Source: Oopsacas minuta
Taxonomy: Eukaryota > Animalia > Porifera
Direction: 5' to 3'
Length of the DNA: 64,000 bases
Assembly: GCA_024704765.1 (NCBI GenBank)
Contig: JAKMXF010000020.1
Location: forward strand, 25,669-89,668
Made by a program: the position numbers and the translations under genes. The notes beneath the pieces are model-generated. The model was not told the DNA's origin. It saw only the letters and a list, made by a program, of their open reading frames with translations, and made no database searches. The number at the start of each line of letters is the position of its first letter. Position 1 is the first letter of the stretch. Positions 56,803-64,000 of this stretch are shown here, one piece after another.

Positions 56803-59335
56803 TTAACTACTAATAGAACTGAATATCTTGGTGAGACAGAATAATACAGTATCTTCTGATCTCCAATAACAGCTATGACTAGACAGAGCGAATAAATAGT
56901 CATTTATTGCTTCTATCCCTTTCACTTGCAAAACATAGTCAACTCTTTGTCCCTGATTAAGACTAGAATGGAATTGAGGAGGAGGAGGAGGAGGTTCAGG
57001 AGAAGTGGAAATAGACTGTCTAGCTTTAATTTCTTCTATTGATGGCGGAATCAGTTTAGAAGTACCTAAGGTATAATTATCATGATAATAACTTTAATCA
57101 CAGAGATAATAATATAATTACAGTTTCAATCTAGACTGACCTTCAGGCATAGTATGACTCTTAGCAAATTCCTGAATAGAACTGACTGCACTATGTACTC
57201 CATACATAATAGTCTGTTTGAGTTCAGAGCCTAACCTCTCTAGGTTCTCCTTCAGCTCTAGATGCAGCCTTTTACCACCTCTGATATGTGGGAGGAGTTC
57301 TGGATCGCTCTTAAACTTTGGGTCAATGAGAGGTTCTATCCGATAAGCTACATAGTCGTAAGGATGGTATATGTGATAGAAACCGCCACAGGTAGGAAAG
57401 TTGAAGTTGTAACCTAGGTTCTGTGTACCCCTGACAGACAGAAACAACCCGATTGGAGATCCGATACAGAAAAAGAAACTCAGTTCAAAATTAAGTTTAG
57501 GATAGCTAATAGAAATCTGTCCTGTCCCACACACCCCTTTGATAATGCTGTACCCCTGAATCTCCCCTGGAGGCGGGCACCCGTCTAAGAACCTCTTCTC
57601 TGATTTAGCATTACTCCTAGTTTTCCATTCACTGATGTAAGCAGAGAGTTTCTTACGAGAACCCATAGATATACCCAGTTCCTTGAGGTCTCCTTCACTG
57701 AGCATCTTGAGGCTCTCCATGTCTATCTGCTGAGAAGAGAGTATATGTGAGATATCCTGTAGTCCGAGCTGAGTTAATACCTCGTCTATACTGGAGGGAT
57801 TAAAACTGTCTGGGGAGGATATGGCATCAGGACTAGTTAGCTCAGGCTCTAAATCTCTATACAATTGTATTAATTGAATAACTGAATGGCGTATACGTAT
57901 AGGCTATGGAATGACATACTTTGTTTGGTTAGCTAGCAGATCAAAGAGGATACAACTACCCAGTGAATGTCCTATGAGGGAGATCCTCCCGATAAACTCA
58001 GGGTTCCTAGCTTTGTAGAGAGAGAGTAGTCTGTTCATTTCATAGGTTGTAGTGTCTATAATAGTCTGACAATAGAGAGGACTAGTGTAGAAGAGTATGT
58101 CAGTCAGAACAGAGTTTGAGAAGTGACGGATCTTTGGAGTGCAGGTTAAAGAGATAGCATCTAGCCGAAGATCCACATTATCATAATCAGATCGGAGACA
58201 TATGTGCCAGGCTATCGGAAGGAACATTTTGATTGTGACACGTTTGTGTAGTTTCAAAATATATATTTTTCCGAATAAATACCATCAAGGGGCGTAGAAG
58301 TGTAATTATAATTGGTAGGTCAATGCAAGTGGAACATTATTTTGGTAATGCCATTGTGGTCTATGTTGAATTTATCTCGTAAACATTTCTACCTGAAGTA
58401 AATACGTAATAAACAAATATTAAAGAGAACTCACATCCACACAGGCCTCAGAGCATCAGGTATGTATACAGGACGAGGTTGTACTGGTACAGGATAGTAT
58501 TGAGTGAGAGGAGGATTCATTGATGGAGCTGTTAAACCTGATAAAATAAAATATAAAGAGTTGATGGATAGGGACGTAGCTCCTTTTCAATACAATTACC
58601 ACGACTAGTCGTTGTAACCTAATTTCTAGGATGAAAACCAACAAAAGTGTGAAAATGATTAATAACATGATTATTATGGTAATTCATGTTAGTTATGACA
58701 AGTTATTGAAAATTAATATATGGTATCATCTGAATGACTTTAGAGGTGTGAAAATATGATTAATAGCAAAAATCTGTGAAAATTAATTTTAGAAAACGCC
58801 AGACTAAAAATTTCCATATCCAGAGGGATAGATATAGCCATCTAGGTATTGACTTTAGTGGAAGCTGATATAATTCGGACTGAAACATGGGTGGACATAT
58901 TAGTAAATTATTCAAATATTTGGTAAATCCAAGTACTGTCAAAAGTCATATTCTGCTGGTTAGCCAAAATATTACAAGAAATAGTTGGTTAATAATTTGA
59001 CTGCCAAATATTAGATAATCTCAGCTTGCTACCTCACTGAATAAATCAGAATACGTAGTAAAGTTACCAGTTTGAATGTTCTGCTGTTGCTCCGTTACAT
59101 CATAAGAAGCAGTAGGAACGGACTATGGAATAATTTGAGCGCCAGGACTCATGAAGGGTAAGGGAGCTTGAAAGGGAGTAGTGGTAGCAGACATATAAGC
59201 TCCTATCTGACTCTTCTTTAGTCTGTAAGCAGGTAATATCTCAAAGTTCGGAGACGGAAGATCTCCTCCTGCTTCCAGAAGTGAGGCTGAATTAGGAAAC
59301 AAACTCGAGTCAACTCGAAGCGGTTTGTTATCCAT
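56803..59335 (-). pseudogene. SEC23IP/DDHD2-like intracellular phospholipase A1, apparently damaged
   Basis: FLPIAWH...DILFYTSPLYCQTII...GHSLGS lipase motif (57904-58230), SAM domain and DDHD domain (57118-57864), and last exon RVDYVLQ...[10 protein letters not shown] ending TAA 56803-56805. There is an in-frame TAG at 59123-59125 and no room for the WWE/middle region. Confidence 0.72.
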
Positions 59336-60138
59336 TGAATAATTATTGCTAATAAGATTACTATAAGGAGGTGATTTGTGTCAGCGATCATTGGACCGTG
59401 GCAGTCCTCAAAAAATCTTCCCAAGCGGGCGGTAAAAATAGAATTGGAAAATAAATAAAGGATATATCACTAATTCTGCATCGTGTTGAGATCAGAAAAA
59501 TACATAGATTAAGAACTTGGATCTCTACTATCTGATTGCTATTGCAATTGTATTAGCAGTAACGTAAATACACATTAATGGTGTTACAATTCGTATATTG
59601 GTAATTGAAATACATTCAGAATTTAGAAGATGTTTATATGGATCGACCGGCAATCCCGGTTTTCCGGGATTTGGGAAAGCCGGATATTATAAATAGATGT
59701 ACATTATTAATTAAAGTGTGTATATCGTTGTCAGAGTTTCATACAGGAATTTTGCTGGGGCGAAACGATTGATCACACCCTATAAAGAACACTTTCCCAT
59801 GTAAATAGTATCGTGCATATTGTTACTGAGATCATAATACTTAATATTAGGAATTCGGGGGGGGGGAAATCCCAGGCGTCCCCCTCTGTATGAAACCCTG
59901 GTTGGATAGAGTTCAGATTCGAAAATGAAGGACGATATTCTTGTAAACAAATCGCCTCGTAATCATTAAACACAGATGGTTGTCTCCATGTGGTGAATAT
60001 GTAGCATTATGGATCTAATAACAATAATATCTGATATTGTAATGAATTACTCAACCTGGTACAGGCTGATTAATTGCTCTCGAAAGTAATTAATTTGAGT
60101 ATAACCCATGTTTATTCTGCAACCATCTAAAATTATTA

Positions 60139-62298
60139 CTAGGTGAGATAGAGATCTGCTATCCTACCGGCTTCTCTGAACCCGCTAAGAATAGCTCCAT
60201 GTACTGTAGCAGGGTAATTCCTCATAGTGTGCTCTCCTGCGAAAAACAATCGCGGCAGGTGTAACTCTTCTTCTGGATTGTCAGAGTTAAGAGCATTATT
60301 TTGCTCAGGTGTAAGAACTGGCATGGCTAACTGATCATAGTCTTTACCAGAAGATTTGGGAGAAACATAGGAATAAGAACCAAATGAAAACGGGTCATTA
60401 CCCCAATGAGAGATACACCATTCGAATGGTTCGGGAACAGAATCTTCACCGAATATCTTGTGTAATACAGACATAGCCTTACCAAGGACAACAGTATCTT
60501 TCAACTTTTCATTCTCGAGTGCAGCCTTTCCAGCTATGAGAGCAAGAAGTACAGGAGTCTTCATTACATTCCAGAAGAGGAACATCTCACCGCGAGATCT
60601 TGGATTCACGTAACCGAAGTGATGAATATCAGGATTCCAGAAACGCTGCTTAAAGCACAATACTACTTTATTCAACACTCCAAATCCCATGTTAGCAATA
60701 GACTGCTGCTTATCAGCAGGGAGAGGAGGTTGGAATGTGATACATTCTGGATGTTTTAATACACCTAAAGGGATTGTACAAACTACAATATCACACTCAA
60801 AAGATAGAGTTGTCTTGTCTTTGACATTTTCAGCCGTAATTTGTATCTGCTCAGTATCATACTGTACATTTCTAGCAGCTATAGAGTGATGGATGTTAAG
60901 TCCTTTAGAAATTGCATCAGGAAGTGTAGAATATCCTGTCTGTAAAGATAGATGGGAACCTGTAAATTCAAAATCATCATCTTGGTCCCAGTGTTGTAGA
61001 GAGAGATTCCCAATTATTGTAGCGTTGGCAAATTCTAAGTTAGCTATATGCCACTCCAGCATTTTCATGTCTGATATGGAAAGGTATACTTCATTCATTT
61101 TATTCTCATTCAGTAATTGTAAGCGTGACTCTTGTATTGTTAAGTTCCCCTTGAGTCGGTCATACTCAGAGAAAAGAGAGTTGATATCATCTTCCAGTTG
61201 GAGAGAATATTCCTGATTGGTAGTGGATACTTCATCTTGTCTGAATACCTCACACTTAATTTCCTTAACGTTCGATAACAACTGGGTCCTAGTCCTGATC
61301 AAATCTTCGATAACTAGCAAATCATTCAGAACAGTTTCAATCGATTCTTGTATTTGTATAATTATACTCTGATGCTGAACAAACGCTCGCTTCGTTTTAA
61401 CATTCTGCAGGTGTAGCACTTGATCAAATGTATTTCCAAGAGAGAGGTTTTCATTCTGAAATGAGTTAAAGTTCATTTGATGTGACAATTCAGAGGCAGC
61501 TTCCAGCAGCTGGTTGAACTCAGTCTCTACGATCTTGTCTTTATCTCGTGGTATCATACCTCCCCTACTGTTATACAAGGGACATTGCTGTTTTATTTTA
61601 GATAAATCTAAATTCAGTTGTTGATCGAATACAGCAATGGGATTACCTCCTAGACCTGTTACAACCATAGCGCCTAAGTCCCCAACTAAATGGTCAACTT
61701 GGAATGTATGAATTCTCCCCCCTACCCTATCTCTTGCCTCTAATATTACCACATCGAATCCAAAATTCTCCAGCTGTCTAGCAGCACATAACCCCGACAT
61801 ACCAGCACCCAGGACGATAACCTTCTTACCACATTTGGTGACTGGCTTGATCAGTGAAAAAATCCCGAAATTAATGTAGGAATAACGAAGGAGATAATCG
61901 TATATGTCTTTAGCGAGTGAATGGTACTTATTGTAGGGAGGATGTAGACGTGAAATAACCTTCTCGAAGGTGAGCTCAATTCTGGATTCATTATGCCAGA
62001 GATAGAGAATATGATTTCGGATATAAAGGAATATTTCTATAGCAGTTACACCATTACTAATCAGATTTGGGAATAAGAACTTTTCTAACTGACTGAGTGT
62101 AGAAGCAGGGAGTCTGCTCACTGTAGCAGCATAGTCTAGTGTAGTTGGTACAAAGTTCTCTGTTTCTCCATCAGATTCAGAGGAAAGATTATCATCTGTC
62201 AGAGGGAAAGCATCAAGCGATTCATTCTTTGAAATAAGTGTCAAATAATCGCATTGCATGATAAAGTGAAAGAATACAAATGCAGAGAGAACATCCAA
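60139..62298 (-). CDS. KDM1A: Lysine-specific histone demethylase 1 (LSD1), no intron in the 719-codon ORF; exact start uncertain
   Basis: SWIRM (SRLP...FLYIRNHILYLW), FAD-binding VIVLGAGMSGL and EARDRVGGRIHTF, Tower coiled coil (which distinguishes LSD1 from LSD2), EWHIANLEFANA, catalytic Lys in GFGVLNKVVLCF, FAGEHTMRNYPATVHGA. Confidence 0.93.
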   Translation of the reverse strand: MDVLSAFVFFHFIMQCDYLTLISKNESLDAFPLTDDNLSSESDGETENFVPTTLDYAATVSRLPASTLSQLEKFLFPNLISNGVTAIEIFLYIRNHILYLWHNESRIELTFEKVISRLHPPYNKYHSLAKDIYDYLLRYSYINFGIFSLIKPVTKCGKKVIVLGAGMSGLCAARQLENFGFDVVILEARDRVGGRIHTFQVDHLVGDLGAMVVTGLGGNPIAVFDQQLNLDLSKIKQQCPLYNSRGGMIPRDKDKIVETEFNQLLEAASELSHQMNFNSFQNENLSLGNTFDQVLHLQNVKTKRAFVQHQSIIIQIQESIETVLNDLLVIEDLIRTRTQLLSNVKEIKCEVFRQDEVSTTNQEYSLQLEDDINSLFSEYDRLKGNLTIQESRLQLLNENKMNEVYLSISDMKMLEWHIANLEFANATIIGNLSLQHWDQDDDFEFTGSHLSLQTGYSTLPDAISKGLNIHHSIAARNVQYDTEQIQITAENVKDKTTLSFECDIVVCTIPLGVLKHPECITFQPPLPADKQQSIANMGFGVLNKVVLCFKQRFWNPDIHHFGYVNPRSRGEMFLFWNVMKTPVLLALIAGKAALENEKLKDTVVLGKAMSVLHKIFGEDSVPEPFEWCISHWGNDPFSFGSYSYVSPKSSGKDYDQLAMPVLTPEQNNALNSDNPEEELHLPRLFFAGEHTMRNYPATVHGAILSGFREAGRIADLYLT

Positions 62299-62696
62299 TG
62301 GAAATATACCTTTCTAATTTCGTTGACAATATTGGGTAACGGACAGTTCGTCTCTTGAACACTTCATCACCGATAATTCGTTCCGGACATTTCATCCCTT
62401 GTAAAAAGTGTCCAGGGAACGAAACGTTCGGTGTCACAGTGAATAATGTTCCCCAAAAATAATGTTCCCCCCCGAACATCATTAACTAGTGAATATAGTC
62501 TGTCACGCTATATTTGGTCCCCCCGGACCATATAAGGCAGCCACGGATGGTACCCCTTGCCATATTTGCTCCCCCTCTATTTATATATAAATTTGCTCCT
62601 CACGATATTCATTGCAGGTTTTGCAAGGGTTACCAGGGCAAATGGGTAACTGTACAAATGCACTCAGTTATCTGGTCACTAGATCGAGGTATTATA

Positions 62697-62975
62697 TCTA
62701 TATTATTAAATCTCAATTGTTGTTTGTCTGTTTGTTTGTTTGTTTGTCCGTTGTCAAGGAAAGGATTTATGATATGCCAATAATGAAATTGTCGCACAAC
62801 TATGTATTTATTTTGATTATCAAGGAAGTAAAAGAATTCAATAAAACTTCCCTAAATCTATCGAATATGCTGAATCTGATTTTCACACTTTTGGATAATC
62901 ATATGTAAATTTATTGTTGTTTTTATGAATATAAAGTAAACAATTTTCAAAATTGAGATAGAATCATGCTTTCAA
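62697..62975 (+). mobile_element. Non-autonomous Helitron (family A), 5' part only
   Basis: A|TCTATATTATTAAATCTCAATTGTTGTTTGTCTG(TTTG)n TCCGTTGTCAAGGAAAGGATTT, colinear with the 18145-18593 copy. The 3' hairpin is not present. Confidence 0.75.
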
Positions 62976-64000
62976 TGCCTAATATTCACATTAAAGCCTA
63001 AACTAGATGAAGCCAAACAGTTTGAGCTTTTTAACTAGATGTACAGCCAGGCCATGACTCATATTAATAATGATTAAAACTCGTAAGAATTGGATAGCTT
63101 ACAGGAAATTTACTGAATCGAAATCTTACATTCACTAGAGTCATAATACTCTGGTGGTACAGGGGTATTGGGTCACAAGAGATCCGATAACCGGGGTCTT
63201 AGAAGTTGAAGAATCATCAACAACCCTAATTGTGCTATATTACACACTTTAAAGGCCTTTCAATTGACAAGTTACAAAACAATGTACTCCAAGAGCCTAT
63301 AGTATTGTTTTATCTCATTTCGCTAATCATAACGAATTATTTTTCAATTGGAACAGTGCTGCTCGAATTAGCGAGGTGATACTATACTGACCTTCCTAAA
63401 GAATGACATCTGGTCACCCTGCTAGTACTTCCTTGCGACGAGTTCACTGTGCATTATGAGAAAACCAAAAAGTATTACTGACCTCTTTCTGATGAGAGTC
63501 GTTAATTGGCTGTTATTCCTACTGTATACATACCACAATTTTATTTAATTTTGATTACATATGTACATTAGACAAATGATAATTGTTGTATATTTGTTGC
63601 TTACATAATTTGGAAAGTATTTTGACGAATTTCTATGATTTGTTTTAAAGGGATAATTATTGGCTACAGAATTGTGTATTATGTTCAATGGGAGTTTATT
63701 GACCACCTATTAACATAACTTTCGGGGCATAAATCCAAAAAAGGTGGCATTCAGATGTAGCATTTCCCCTTAATGTTATGGTATATGGCACCGAACGCGA
63801 ACCTTCTAACAGCTTGAACTATCCCCCGGATTCGGTGTATTGTGTGAAAATTATATTTTCCATCGGCTTAATTCTTCATTCTAATTTAGTGGTTTACATT
63901 AGCTAAGTACTGAGATGAATCTATCAGAGATGATGGGAATGATCTTGAAATATTTTGTAATCATAAATATACAAATCTGTTTACTAGATAATTGACTATT

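Noticed and set aside
62300-62400. Upstream exon (MKCPERIIGDEV...) for KDM1A
   Set aside because: Its donor is phase 2 and the nearby candidate acceptors are phase 0 or 1, so no consistent splice could be built.
1-64000. tRNA, rRNA, snRNA genes, CRISPR arrays or telomeric repeats
   Set aside because: None recognised by eye. A covariance-model scan (tRNAscan-SE, Infernal/Rfam) would be needed to exclude small RNAs.

Overview
AT-rich eukaryotic (animal-type) genomic DNA with mostly very short GT-AG introns. The gene content and style suggest a sponge, possibly a glass sponge; this is inference only. Host genes, all on the minus strand: a multi-exon GRIP-type multi-PDZ scaffold (running off the left edge) with an intronless NCBP1/CBP80 nested in one of its introns on the same strand; an intronless WAT1/UMAMIT-like EamA transporter; a broken NHL-repeat gene; DNA topoisomerase II with an in-frame duplicated C-terminal exon; an intronless prokaryote-type DUF72 gene; a damaged SEC23IP/DDHD2-like gene; and an intronless LSD1/KDM1A. 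The rest is dense with DNA transposons: a decayed autonomous Helitron and its non-autonomous family, hAT relics and MITEs, Tc1/mariner MITEs, and a Ginger1 (integrase plus OTU) element with a CCGG target duplication. The standout is a near-intact 2995-bp Transib/RAG1-like transposon. It has a perfect 5-bp TSD and ends that begin with the exact RSS heptamer CACAGTG, and its bipartite TIRs have unequal spacers (2 vs 11 bp between conserved 12- and 13-bp blocks). No rRNA, tRNA or CRISPR array was recognised. All protein family calls come from motif recognition by eye, not from database searches.
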